NCBI RefSeq assembly: GCF_018977255.1
Contig: NW_024704745.1
Coordinates: forward strand, 26,660,001-26,724,000
Reading direction: 5' to 3'
DNA: 64,000 nt
Source of the DNA: Callorhinchus milii
Lineage: Eukaryota
Position numbers and translations under genes: made by a program. Under the pieces are notes generated by a model, which was given only the letters and a program-made list of their open reading frames with translations, was not told the DNA's origin and did not search any database. Shown here in pieces: positions 37,201 through 48,811 of this stretch; position 1 is the stretch's first letter, and every line of letters starts with the position of its first letter.

Positions 37201-37648
37201 ATAGGCCTGAAATTACCTAAGTTTATAATAATAATAATCCTTGCATTTGATATAGTGCTTTTCACGTCTTCTAGATGTCTCAGAGCGCTTCACAGAATAG
37301 ACTGTAAGGTGAATTGACCGAATACTTGTGGGCGAAACGCGGCAGCCAATTGCGCACAGCAGTGTCCCACAAACAGTCGTGGATTGAAAATGACCAATTT
37401 ATTACTGTTTTTTTTTGAGGGATTATTATTAGGCGTGTGGAATAAGGAAACTTGCCCAAGGTTTCACTCGGCTGGCAATCGAACCCAGGTCTCTCGCTTG
37501 CAAAGCAAGTGCTCTAATCACTGAGCTACAGAACTCCACAGGTTTAGGCTATAAGGTCATTTTGTCTTAAAATTTAAGATTGAGCAGAATTTGGAAAATT
37601 CTTAAATACTGCCCTATAGAACTGCTTAGCTCAGAGGGTAGGAATTTC
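37201..37648 (+). repeat. Local duplicate, copy 1 (contains a SINE insertion)
   Basis: ATAGGCCTGAAATTACCTAAGTTTA + GGCTATAAGG...GAGCAGAATTTGGAAAATTCTTAAATA...TATAGAACTGCTTAGCTCAGAGGGTAGGAATTTC. Confidence 0.85.
37226..37539 (-). mobile_element. Full-length tRNA-Ala-headed Deu-SINE (short variant) with 7-bp TSD
   Basis: Complete head to tail; flanks AAGTTTA (37219-37225) and AGGTTTA (37540-37546). Confidence 0.95.
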
Positions 37649-38286
37649 ACTTTAATTCCTATAAGTCTAAAGATTCAATGAAAACTCTAATTGTTATGTA
37701 ACAAGTTAAATCTCCTTAAAGAAACAATAACATTATCTTGGGATCCATCATGTTAAGAATTTCACTGTATAAGAAGCCAGTGAATGAACTTTTTGTGACC
37801 GAAAAGAATGAAATATTGAAGCAAATTCAAATGAACTTTCAGTAATTGGTCAAATTAATTTGAAGTTAACATTGCTGTGTTTATTATATTGATTATGTAT
37901 CACAAAGAAAGGTGGTCATCCTTAGACTATCTGCTCTTTGCAGTTAAACTGAAATAAGTATTTTAAAATAATAATTGGATATGTGGAAATGAAAGGTTTG
38001 TGATTGAATGCACCATTCTCTTAATTTCTGAAATTGATTTTACTTTCCCAATGGGTGAATAATGAGAGCAGTTACTATAACTAGGTAATACTGCATGTCT
38101 AGCGTAGCAGGCTTTTGCCCCTTCCAGTAATCAATTTATGCATTTACGTTTATATGGTTTTATAAGATTGACAGAGAGCCCCGGCAAATCACCTTTAGAA
38201 ATAAAATTCTATAAATCTTCCAATCTTCCGACACATTATATAAGTGAAGGGCTTGTGATTGAATGCACCATTTTTTTCAGCAGATT

Positions 38287-38413
38287 ATAGGCCCAAAATT
38301 ACCTAGGTTTAGACTGTAAGGTTGTTATGTCTTAAAAATTAATACTGAGCAGAATTTGGAAAATTCTTAAATATTGTCTTATAGAACTGCTTAGCTCAGA
38401 GGGTAGGAATTTC
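38287..38413 (+). repeat. Local duplicate, copy 2 (empty site)
   Basis: ATAGGCCCAAAATTACCTAGGTTTAGACTGTAAGG...TATAGAACTGCTTAGCTCAGAGGGTAGGAATTTC. Confidence 0.85.
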
Positions 38414-40599
38414 GTATTCTTGTTACAGAACTTTGTCAGACTTAAATGATGTAAAATGAAGGGTCACATCATTTTTAGAATCCACCGCGTTGCTTCATTA
38501 TTAACAAAATGTACTTTGTTTCCAATAAGGAAACATGACTCACTCGTTATCTTTAGACGTATAAGTTCATAATATTAGACTTATATTTTGAGGACGATTG
38601 ATGTCGATTGCTGCTGGTACACTCCAAATGATCACCTTCAGTCAGCATCTTACAGCCCAAGGCACAGAAGTAATCAGAAAGTCCTGCTCTTGGATGAAGT
38701 CTACAAAGGAGACATGCAGCCAGTCAAGCAGACATCTAGAAGAATTCATGCCTTCTGAGATGTAAAGGTTCATCCCAACAAGAGAATTTCCATTATACTG
38801 ACAGGAAAGGTTAAAGAGTATCCTAGAAACAATCACCACAGGGGTGAGGGCACTGATTACGCTCTTTCATCCTTATCAAATGATCCAACAGTGAGCATTA
38901 AAAAGTAAGCCTGGCTTAGCATGTAGAGTTCAGTCAGTGAGCAAATGGCATTTGTTTTGCTGACCTAGCATTGTGCCATCCCTCTTCAGCAAAATAAGAT
39001 AATGCTTCTGGTACTGCATGCAGACTTCCATTTAACTTTTTCATATGCCACCCACATTTGTACAAAAATACGCAACCTCTATAAAGTACTCCTGGGCCTA
39101 GCAGTGATTTAGGATATGTTTTCCTCTGAATATGAAAGGTTCAGATCTCTTGTTAGCTGAAGAAAGTGAATATGTGCAGGGCACATGGGTTTACTTTGAC
39201 GGCTTGAACTCCTAATACTGCTCATGTAATTTAAGGACAATAGGGAGAACCTAAGTAAATGTTTGGAACTACTTTCACAGCAATTCTCCAGTTCTTCACT
39301 TCAACACAATGATATGCCACAATCGTTTATATAGCGAGACTCACTTTTCCGCTATGTGGCTAAGTATAAGTGATACATACACATATATATATATATAAAA
39401 AAACACCAAGTGGTATTTGTCCCTGTCAGGGATGATAATGGACAATGTATCACAGCTATGGAATTTAGCATTATTTTTTGTGAGACTGCTTTACACCATA
39501 GCACAAGTGGGCAATCCACATAATCAATATTGCATACACACACGGACATCACTAATAGAAAACATCCCTGAAACACTTCACTCCATCAAACTGTTTTGCA
39601 TCACTCTTTAAACAAATATATTGGTATAACCATAATCAGTAATGATTTGCAGCATTTTTTAACAGGATTCCTTCATCATGTCTCAGAGTCACAAATTGGG
39701 ATTCTTGCTGGTAATCGAAGGACTATCACAGTGTTCCACGGGAACTATACAATCTGCTTCCTGGTGGATTAGAGTGAGGTCTCACTGGTCAAAGTGACGC
39801 ACTTCTAGTTCCCATGGCATTACCAAGCGTTAAACATTATGTAATTAAAGTAAAGTTAAATTTATGAAGTGCAGATTAATCCTGTTGTTTTAAGTCATAA
39901 AGATTCCCTATTTATGACTGATTATTAAGGAATAATCAGATTATTAAGGAATGCCGTTAAGAAATGCTACAAGTTAGTTTCCGATATTTATTCCTGTCGA
40001 TATTCTTCATGAAGGATTGACAAAGCATGTCCTGGGAAAACTGATATTTTAAAATCGCGGATGGTGGCTCACTAAAATGTCAACGTCATTGATAACATTT
40101 AGACATACTTTATTATAAATGTCCAACATTAAAAATGACATATTTGCTGGGCATCCATGGCGAAAAAGCAATTAACGCCCACATATTCTATTTAGTCAAA
40201 ATCCTCCAGCAAACTGAAAATAAAAAATAAGATATATCTTATTAAAAGTAATGGGCTTGCACAAAATAACCTAATCCTTAAAACAACAGCCCGAAGGAGA
40301 TTGTAAGATTGTGGGGTAGTTCTTCAATCTCCAAATCTATTGATTTTGGCTAGTGAGTTTGCCTCTGTCACTTGGTAAATGTCCTGACATTTGGAGAAAC
40401 AACCATATTTCTGAAAGGATTTGTCTACCGCAAATTGGTTGATTTAGTCTGTTGCTCATCTTTAACAGACAGAATATGTATTTGATTCTCTAAATTCATT
40501 CTCCTTACTTGAATTAAAGATGTTGTTTTATTTCCTTTTCTATTTACTCGCCTCTTCTGAAGATGTTGATCCATGATGACAAATGGATCTGGGAGCAGT

Positions 40600-40962
40600 G
40601 ATCAATTTCTAGGACTCACCCAAGTTGTTATTGTGAGCACAGAAGGCAGGTGTTGCAAGGCTGATCGACCATGGGGGATATCACAGCTGAACTTTATTCA
40701 GAACCTAATCCAATATTTATCTGACAACCACGTTGATCAGAACACTTTCCATCAGGGTTCCCTGGATAATGAATTCTAGTAGGAACTTGACTGATTTTTT
40801 TCATCTCCCTAACTCAGGACACGAAGAATGATTTTCGGATTCCTGCAGCTATTCGAATAAGATCTGCTAATTCAATACAAAGTCGTGATCAAATATGGGA
40901 CTTTCCTAGTCTATGTGACTCAGATTCACTCAAGGCGTTACCAACTGAGTTAATATGGGAGC
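40600..40962 (-). mobile_element. Ancient SINE-like repeat (family B), near full length
   Basis: Reverse complement of the 27235-type motifs (GGAACTTGACTGATTTTT, GGCTGATCGACCATGGGG) plus a tRNA-like head near 40880-40960. Confidence 0.55.
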
Positions 40963-41502
40963 AAAATTAAATAATTGGGAGTAGTGAAAGAACTTTAATG
41001 TTGCTACTCCTTGCAGCTGGTGCATTTTCAGGCAGGTCTATAGTCCAAACAACAAGCATATTACCATGAGCAGATCAGGTGGTAACACAAAACATAAAAA
41101 CAGCCGTACTTGATGAACACGATCCTTTTGGCAAAAAGGTAACATTTTTTAAAGTAATGAAAGAGATAAATTGGATAAATCTGAAACCAGACCTGTATTC
41201 TATTTATTCGCCAGTGTTATTTCCCAAAGAGATACATGTTGTTTCATTCTGCTGAACATTGTGGTTTTATTAATATAAGAATGGAAATTGAATGAATGCT
41301 GTGTCAAGCTACTCTAACTTGCTACAATAGTTATAGATGAATCATCTTATTAAGTCCGGCACCTTTTCATTGTAAAAGCTTCCAAGTGTTTTCATCTTTC
41401 TTATTCTTCAAAGAGCTGTGAAGCGAAAAATGCAGGGGTAGCTTTGTGAATGCTATAATGTGCATCATGAATTAGTTTGTGAAAATGAGCGAAATAAGAT
41501 TT

Positions 41503-41860
41503 AATAATCCTTGCATTTGATATAGCATCTTTTTGTGTCTTTGAGACATCTCAAAGAACTTCACAGAATATACTGTAAAGTGCATTGACTATATTTTGTG
41601 GGTAAAACGTGGCAGCCAATTGCGCACAACAACAGTCGTGAATTGAGTATTTTTTTAAATCTATTTTTGTTTTGAAGGGATTATTATCCCTGTAAAAGCA
41701 ATCTAAGAATCAACTAACAACTGGGTTCCTACCTACTGTTAGGTAAATGGAGGCATGGGAGTAAGGGCATTTTCCCCAAGTTTCGCCCTGCACAGGAATC
41801 AAACCCAGGTCCTCTTGCTTGCAATGTGAGTGCTCTAACTACTAAGCTACAGGACTCCAC
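41503..41860 (-). mobile_element. Full-length tRNA-headed Deu-SINE (long variant) with perfect 7-bp TSD
   Basis: AAGATTT at 41496-41502 and 41861-41867. Confidence 0.95.
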
Positions 41861-43799
41861 AAGATTTGATGATAATTAATAACTGACTGATATCCATCAG
41901 TCTCTTTTGCTATATTTTATTATTAATATCTGCTGACACCAAACTGTTGTCAGTGCTGTCAAATTATTGATTCGACACTGTAGTAAATTGGAAAATTCAT
42001 CCATCTCTCATTAACAGGCTTTCAGTTATCATACTGTCTCTGCTAGGGTTTTGGACCGTGGATCGTGACATTTCATGTAAGATTAGAGCCATTGTAATCT
42101 GTACCTCATGATAACAATCAAAGTGATTGGCTTTGGAGGTTTGTGATTTAATGGAGATGAGTAAAGTTAACATCCCTTGAAATGTTTAAGTTGTATTTAT
42201 GCATTGAATCCAAAAGCATTACAAGATTTTGAGAAATTCTGATTTTTCACAAATTGCATAATGAAGAGATACACTACATGATATTTTGTAACTCAAGTCA
42301 TACAGGTGCAGTTGGATTCCCCAATCTGACAGTATGGTTAGGGTTAGTGTTAAGTCTCTAGAATGAAGAAAAGATTTATTTACAGAGTGCACTGTATCTA
42401 GAAATCCTGCATTCTTCATGAGTTCTTGTTTACAGAACTACAAAGTACATTGTATTCAGGGAGGTGTGAACTTTTGTGAAAACGTAACCCCCAGTGCACT
42501 TCCATACAGTGACAGCTTTCCTATTCCTATTAATTTAAAACTGAGCTATGAATGCTTCATTAAAATGATAGTGTTATGCTGAAACCCAGTTGCCTAAGGT
42601 GTTAAGCTTTGAAATCAGAGGAACCCAAATTCATTGACTACTCATTGGATCTCTGATGACTATTTGTGCACTCAAACCTTCATATTTATGACCAATGGTT
42701 AAAATATTCTTCCTTTGTAGTGTTTGCTGACACCTGAGATAAGTGCTTAAGCAAACATGAAACTGTTTGACAAAATTGACACAATGTATTATGTCACTGC
42801 TTACTCAAAAGAAGATTTTAGGACAGAATCAGCTTCTGCTGAATTACCTCGGAATGACTCAATTTGTACCACTTTGGATTATGAACTCAGGTCTGTAGTT
42901 ATTGATTGTATTATCCTCATTCATTGATTGGTGGTAGTCTCAGCGATGTCATTATATTTACATATCTCACAGTTATAATGCACTAGAATGGAAAACAAAA
43001 TCAATAATCTGTATAAGTGAATTATCACCTTACTGCATATACACTCCAATAAGTGGCTTATGTTGTTAAAACCACCAAATAATTAGAAATTAAACAATAC
43101 ATTTCTGGGCACAGAAATCAATTTAATTTTTTCACTCTTCTTTTCCTTTCCCCCCTCTTTTTATCCATCTTTCCTTTTTGACAGGGGTGAGTCTGCACTT
43201 TAATTGGTGATGTCAATCTGACAGCTATCATGGGGAAGTGGGGAAGTGAGTTGCTGGCTTTCCACTGCAAGACTGACATTGTTGACAATTGGATGTTTGA
43301 CGAGTTGTGGAGACACTGCAAGCACTGTAACAGTTTCAATGATGTCTAGTGGTATTTTCTTCTCAGTTTCAGACAGCTGATTGCTAGTTATTGTCAAATA
43401 AGAATCATAGAAGGCTTGCAGCACAGAAAGAGGATGTGGTTCCATTATCTCCCCCACTGGTCAATGTGCTCTTGTTCCATTTCATGTCATTTGACTTTCT
43501 ACAGTATATTGTATCTTCTCTACAGTATATTCAGCTTTCGACTCTGATTCAAAAGCCATTGCACATTCTTAATAACACGTTTAAAAAAAAACTTCAATAA
43601 CGTAAATAAACTATAGTATATATTGAATATGGGCTGGGGTAATATCATCACAGATATTAAGACTTACCCCCAAAAAATTAAGAAATACTGTATTTTCAAA
43701 ATATTTTATGCTTGGGGGATGTTTCTACATTTAGAGCCCAGGACAGTCAACCTTTAGTGTTTTGAGTTGCACTCTGCACTGTCCTGATTATGGGCAGCA

Positions 43800-44190
43800 A
43801 CAACCTTTGATGTATACCTCTTGACCACCACACAGCAGAGTAGATGGATGAGAATAAGGCCGAGGAGACAATTCCATTGTTGCTATTACATTCTGAGATA
43901 GTCCATCCACTTTGGTTCCCAAGTTCTCAAATTTCCAAAATCTGATGTTGGGAGTGTAACCTGCCAAACTTCTCCTTGTACAACTCTGACGGATTGTTTG
44001 CCACAGCTCACTGCAACAGACAGCACCTCCTCCAATGCAAGTAATAGCACAAAGTCCACTGAGAGGAAGATTCATGTCAAAAAGATGAGAGGTTAATCTT
44101 ATCAGTTGAAACGGAGGTTTCGATTTTGCTTCAAGTCACCATTGCAGGAGAAAAAGTTCGCCAAAACATGTTCATGCAGAGAATGCCTTC
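43800..44190 (-). mobile_element. Possible very old RTE-clade LINE 3' region
   Basis: Minus-strand remnants FGEL...RNLRFN...ELWQTIRQ resemble the RTE ORF2 C-terminus (YGEL..G.R..GRP.LRFKD...DR..WR); weak. Confidence 0.35.
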
Positions 44191-44279
44191 TACAGTCTCT
44201 TTAATTGATTATTGCCAAATGCAATGAGCATTGATTTCAATTGTATTTGATAAACTAAATCCTTTATTTCTTGTAGAAT

Positions 44280-45075
44280 TAGTTTAATTTTGTGTTTGGT
44301 GGAGCTGGGGAGACCAGCGAGGCAGGCATTGGAATAGTTCAGTCGGGAAGTGACGAAGGTGTGAACAAGGGTTTCAGCTGCGTTAGCCATGAGGTACGAA
44401 TGGAGGCAGGCAATGTGACAAAAGTGGAAAAAAGTGGTCCTGGTCAGGGAACGGATGTGGGGTAGAATGGACAGCTGGGGATCGAACCTGTGCCTAAGCT
44501 GCATATGGGTTTGGTGAGTCTGAGAGAGAGCCCTGCAAAGTTGAGGAATTCTGACCGGCAGGAGAAAAGACGTTGACGGAAGCCAAAGAATATAGCTTCA
44601 GTCTTACAAACATTCAGCTGCAGGAAACTTGTGCTCTTCCAATCCTTGATGTCCATCAAACAAGCTGACAGGACATCAGCAGACTGAGAGGAAGAGAAGT
44701 AGATGAGTGTTATTTGCATACATGTGGAAGTTGACCCCATGTCTCCGGATGACATCGCCGAGAGGGAGCATGTGGATAAGGTTTGTTAAGCAGGACTTAA
44801 CCATTTTGTTAACCATGCGAGTGCGATGCCATTAAGGTGGATGAGGGGTAGAGGTGGTGGAGGAGAATGGGGTGAGCAACTGTGTCAACCACAATGGAGA
44901 GGTCCAGGAGAATGAGGAGGCAGAAGGAGGATTGATCACAAAGAGGAAGAGGACATAATTTGTTACTTTGACGAGCGCTGTCTCTGTACTGTGGGCAGGG
45001 CGAAAAACAACCTGGAGGAGTTCGAGAAGGGAGTGGAGGGAGAGGTGTGAGTGAAGTTGATTTGCAATGACACAT
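44280..45075 (-). mobile_element. L2 RT region fragment
   Basis: FRPAHSTETALVKVTN; LILLDLSIVVDTVAHPILL; LSACLMDIKDWKSTSFLQLNVCKTEAIFF; AAETLVHTFVTSRLNYSNACLAGLP. Confidence 0.9.
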
Positions 45076-45460
45076 TCCAAAATTTTGCTTCAAAATAACT
45101 TTTAGCAATCTATCAATCTCAGTCTTGAATATGTTCAAGGACTGAGCATCCACTGCCTTCGGGGTAGAGAATTCCACAAATTCACTACCCTCTGAGTGAA
45201 GAAATGTTTCCTCAACTCAGTTCGAAAAGGTTGACCCTTAATTTTGAGAATATGACCCCTAATTTTAGATTCTCCAACCAGGGGAAACAGTGTCATGGCA
45301 TCTACCCTGTCAAGGCCCTTAAAAATCTTATAGGTTTCTATAAGATCACCTCTAATTCTTCTATATTTTAGAGAATATAGGCCGAGTTTACTCAACCTAT
45401 CCTTTTAGGTCAACCCCCTCATCCCAGGAACAAAACTAGCAAATCTGCGCTGCACCCCCT
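45076..45460 (-). mobile_element. CR1 ORF2 C-terminal fragment
   Basis: LGLYSLKYRRIRGDLIETYKIFKGLDRVDA...RKHFFTQRVVNLWNSLP. Confidence 0.92.
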
Positions 45461-45464
45461 TTAA

Positions 45465-45660
45465 TTGACTCTGGATTGGGAAGAGAAAATCAGGCAGGGG
45501 ATCTGCTCCTAATTGCTCTTTAGGGACCTTGCTGGAAGGTGCATGGACATCAGTTGAGTGGAAGACTCACTTTCAAGGCTCAAACATGAAAAATGGCCAT
45601 CTTGCCAAGCTACCAGAAAGCAGGGGGCACTCAGAGAACTGTGCCTCAGTAGAAGGAATA
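45465..45660 (+). mobile_element. Family B SINE-like repeat fragment
   Basis: GAAAATCAGGCAGGGGATCTGCTCCTAATTGC...CTCACTTTCAAGGCTCAAACATGAAAAATGGCCATCTTG. Confidence 0.6.
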
Positions 45661-45698
45661 AAAGGACAAATATTTTCATGAGATGAGGAGAATATAAT

Positions 45699-45806
45699 AC
45701 ACTAGCTGTAACCGTTGCAGCTTCGTTTGTAACCAAACGATCCAATATGGAATGTAGATTGACACACAGACAGACACAAAGACAGACATTTCATCTTTAT
45801 CTATAC
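45699..45806 (+). mobile_element. Short non-autonomous Helitron/Helentron-like element
   Basis: Starts ACTAGCTGTAACCG..GCAGCTTCG, hairpin TCGTTTG-TAAC-CAAACGA, (GACA)n microsatellite, ends TTTCATCTTTATCTATA; layout recalls Lep1/DINE-1-type elements. Confidence 0.5.
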
Positions 45807-45904
45807 TCATCTGGGAGGACTCCTGTGGGAGGACTCGGTGCTTTAAAAATGTAATTATTTTGTTGTTGCCATGGATTAGCTTCTTTATTTTGTTCCCGTT
45901 GCTT

Positions 45905-46064
45905 GGCTATGTGTGTGCTCTGTGATGCAGGATGCCACAGTGCCGTAGTCAGCCAGTGCGGCCACCAGGTGTAACTGTAGTGTGTGCAGACACACATAGG
46001 TGCACTGTGACGCACGATGCCACAGAGCACTTTGACTTGGTGGCCACCAGGTGTAACTGCAGTG
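45905..46064. repeat. Two-copy ~83-bp minisatellite
   Basis: CTGTGAYGCASGATGCCACAG...GGCCACCAGGTGTAACTGYAGTG repeated (GGCCACC at 45960 and 46042). Confidence 0.85.
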
Positions 46065-47151
46065 AAAAACGTAAAACTGAAAATAGGAAATAACCGAAAA
46101 CAAATATGCCCATGTCACTCCCAGTTAAAAGACCTTTCCGATGAGGTATAAATCATGTCTCTACGTCAATCAATTATTGAGTTCTTTCTTGAAGCCCAGA
46201 CAGACATTATTGTTTTATTATTAGAGATTATTAGTATAGAACATTGATCAAGGAGAACAGCATAACATTGTATATAAGCTTGATGCATTCATCTGTGGCT
46301 GAGCTTTTTATTATGCTATAACAGTTATACGCAGTGCAAGGTACCTATCAGGAAATACGCAGTTCTGCAACATTCCATTTCAAAAATGTTTTTACATATC
46401 CTTCAGAAGCTGAGTCCAGCTAAGAGCTGGTGATTTACAAGCACATTTTAAACTTGTTGGTGACACTGCATTTATAATACTTTTGATAGAACCTTTTTCT
46501 ATAAAAGAATTTGACTGATACCTTTTCCCTGAATTTATCACACAGATTTTTATAAAAAGGTTGGCTATACTTGATGTGCTACATTGTTTGATAAACCTCA
46601 GCATTTTGCCCAATCATGCCATTTCCCGTATTTCTTTAAATTTTTGCCAAATATCCCCGCAGATGCAGTTAAACAAAATCATTGTAAGTAGTGCATGACC
46701 AAACACAATACCTATTGAATCATGAAAGCTTTTCCAAAATGATTTAAACACAAGCTTTAAAAAAAAGTACATATTTTGATTTAATGGGTCAAACTTTAAA
46801 TTTTTGTGCCTGTGCCTGACAAGTTTGCTCTACTTCCTGACATAAATCAGTTTGACTTTTTTTTTAACTTGGCAATCTCCATTAATATTTGCAATTAGGG
46901 GGTGAGGTGTATAAAATAATGTCTGTGCCATTCTGCATGAGTATTGTATTCTTACAATCTGGAAGGCATGGAGAAAGTGCAATTTCCATTTTAATACATG
47001 GAAATTTCCATGTGTAGGAGGGATCCATGGAACGCTCAGTTGGATACTCTTCAGAATGGCAATAGGTTTCTACCTGTGGAGACAACTAGCTAATCAATTA
47101 AAAAAACAACCTGAGCTGGTGCCAGCTTGGCTCAAATGATAAAACTCTCAT

Positions 47152-47218
47152 AGCACCTTGGGACGTCTTCCCGATGTGAAAGGCGCCTTACAAATGTAAT
47201 GCTGTTGGTGTTGTTGTT
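47152..47218 (+). mobile_element. L2 3' tail-only insertion
   Basis: AGCACCTTGGGACGTCTTCCCGATGTGAAAGGCGCCTTACAAATGTAATGCTGTTGGTGTTGTTG. Confidence 0.85.
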
Positions 47219-47221
47219 CTG

Positions 47222-47404
47222 GGTCGGAAGGTTCCTGTTTCCTGCCTTAAATTGGAGCTTAAGCAAATATTTGTGTCGGGATTGACTGACTCACTGAGCC
47301 CATCCCTCTTTGAAAGGGGGATAAGGCAAGGCTGTCCATTGTTATCCACCCTATTCGATGTGTTCATCAATGGCGTGTTGGATAGACTTGGTGCGTTACA
47401 TTAA
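47222..47404 (+). pseudogene. Isolated non-LTR reverse-transcriptase fragment from a clade other than CR1/L2
   Basis: Translates from 47294 as LSPSLFERGIRQGCPLLSTLFDVFINGVLDRLG (GxRQGCPLSPxLF motif); not in the ORF track. Confidence 0.8.
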
Positions 47405-48029
47405 ATTAGCTGTAAAGCAGTTTTCTCCTTTCCTCCTCCATCCTTTACTGACTGCTTAGTGAAATAATAAAGGAAGCAGCTGAGCTACAGCTCAGCTTAA
47501 TAATCATTACCCTTACATTTGAACATCCACATCTTAATAATAAATAATATTTACATTTGGACATGTTCAAGGAAGGTGACAGGTTTGGGCAATAGTCTGT
47601 AAAGTTTATTGATCACAAGTGGGAGCACGAGGGATGCTATTTTGCTACAGTGTCCCGAGTTCGGGAAGTGAAATCATCACATTTACTGATCTTGGCAAAC
47701 AAACATCTCTCCATGGTTTACAAAGAATGTACAGTGTTTATACCTCACATGAGTCAATAAAATACTTCTATAAAATGGAGTAAACTACATAGTTTACTCC
47801 ATTTTTTAGTTATAGGGAGAGGGCAGGTAAGTGTGACTGAAAGGAATGCTCTTAAAAGCCAGCAGACACCTTGGGTTGACCTTTTAGTCTGTTGCAAATT
47901 TCTATCGTTCGATACATTTACCAAATTTGTGATCTTACACTTGGGAAATTCCACCGTAAGCTCAGCCCTTTCTCCTCTCCCAGCAATAACTAGTAAACAA
48001 TCAGCTACACTCTAACCCACCTATGATAC

Positions 48030-48140
48030 CCATCTGGTTGAATAGCCTGCCAACACAGTGAACAATCACATATGAATCATGAATAGGTGAGTAAGGTACC
48101 AGAGAACATTGAACACCTGTGGAACTGTACCACATAAGAA
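48030..48140 (+). mobile_element. Family B SINE-like repeat 3' fragment
   Basis: GGTTGAATAGCCTGCCAACAC...AAGGTACCAGAG...CACCTGTGGAACTGTACC. Confidence 0.55.
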
Positions 48141-48639
48141 TAAAGACCTCAAATGCCAGTAGGCGGGGAAAAACAAAGGAAGAAAATTAGCAAGAGAGAA
48201 ATCAAATGGTCAAAAGTCTTTATATATTTGCACTTTTGTCTCTGCATCTGTACTAATATCTGTGACTGATTTTATATCTGTGTCTCTAGTTCTGACTACA
48301 TTTATAACATAGGAATCCAAAACTTTTCTAAATCTTCCTGATGGGAGGCAAGGTTTACAGATATGTCTGAGAATAGCATACATAATGTAAATAAATGATT
48401 AAGTTTAAGGGCATGCAGGATTATGAAAATTACCATCTAAAAATAATTACAAAGTAGTTAATTGTTTAATTCTTCCCCATTATTGTAATTCATGCCATTA
48501 GTCATAAAGAAAAATCAAGCTGTACAAAATTATCAGTAAATAATGCATTCAGGTCTCCAAAAAGGAGATCAATCCCTGTGTTTTGCTAAATTCTCTAACT
48601 TCTAATATGGCACCAACCAACACAAATTCTAAATTACTC

Positions 48640-48811
48640 TAATAATAATCCTTGAATTTGGTATAGTGCCCTATCACATCATCGAGATGTCTCAAACTGC
48701 TTCACAGGATTTTCTTCTGAAGTGCAGTGACTGTGTATTTGAAGTCAAATACAGCAGCCAATTTGCATACAGCAATGTTCCACAAACAGCCCAAAAGTGA
48801 ATGATCAATTT
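48640..48811 (-). mobile_element. Deu-SINE body and tail directly downstream of the 28S rRNA fragment
   Basis: Minus strand AATTGATCATTCACTTTTGGGCTGTTTGTGGAACATTGCTGTATGCAAATTGGCTGCTG...GAGACATCTCGATGATGTGATAGGGCACTATACCAAATTCAAGGATTATTATTA. Confidence 0.85.

Noticed and set aside
38580-38800. GC-richer stretch that looked coding
   Set aside because: Short frames end in stops and show no recognisable motif; probably an old transposon relic.
45905-46064. CRISPR-like repeat-spacer array
   Set aside because: Only two imperfect units, similarity extends through the would-be spacer, the context is vertebrate and there are no cas genes.
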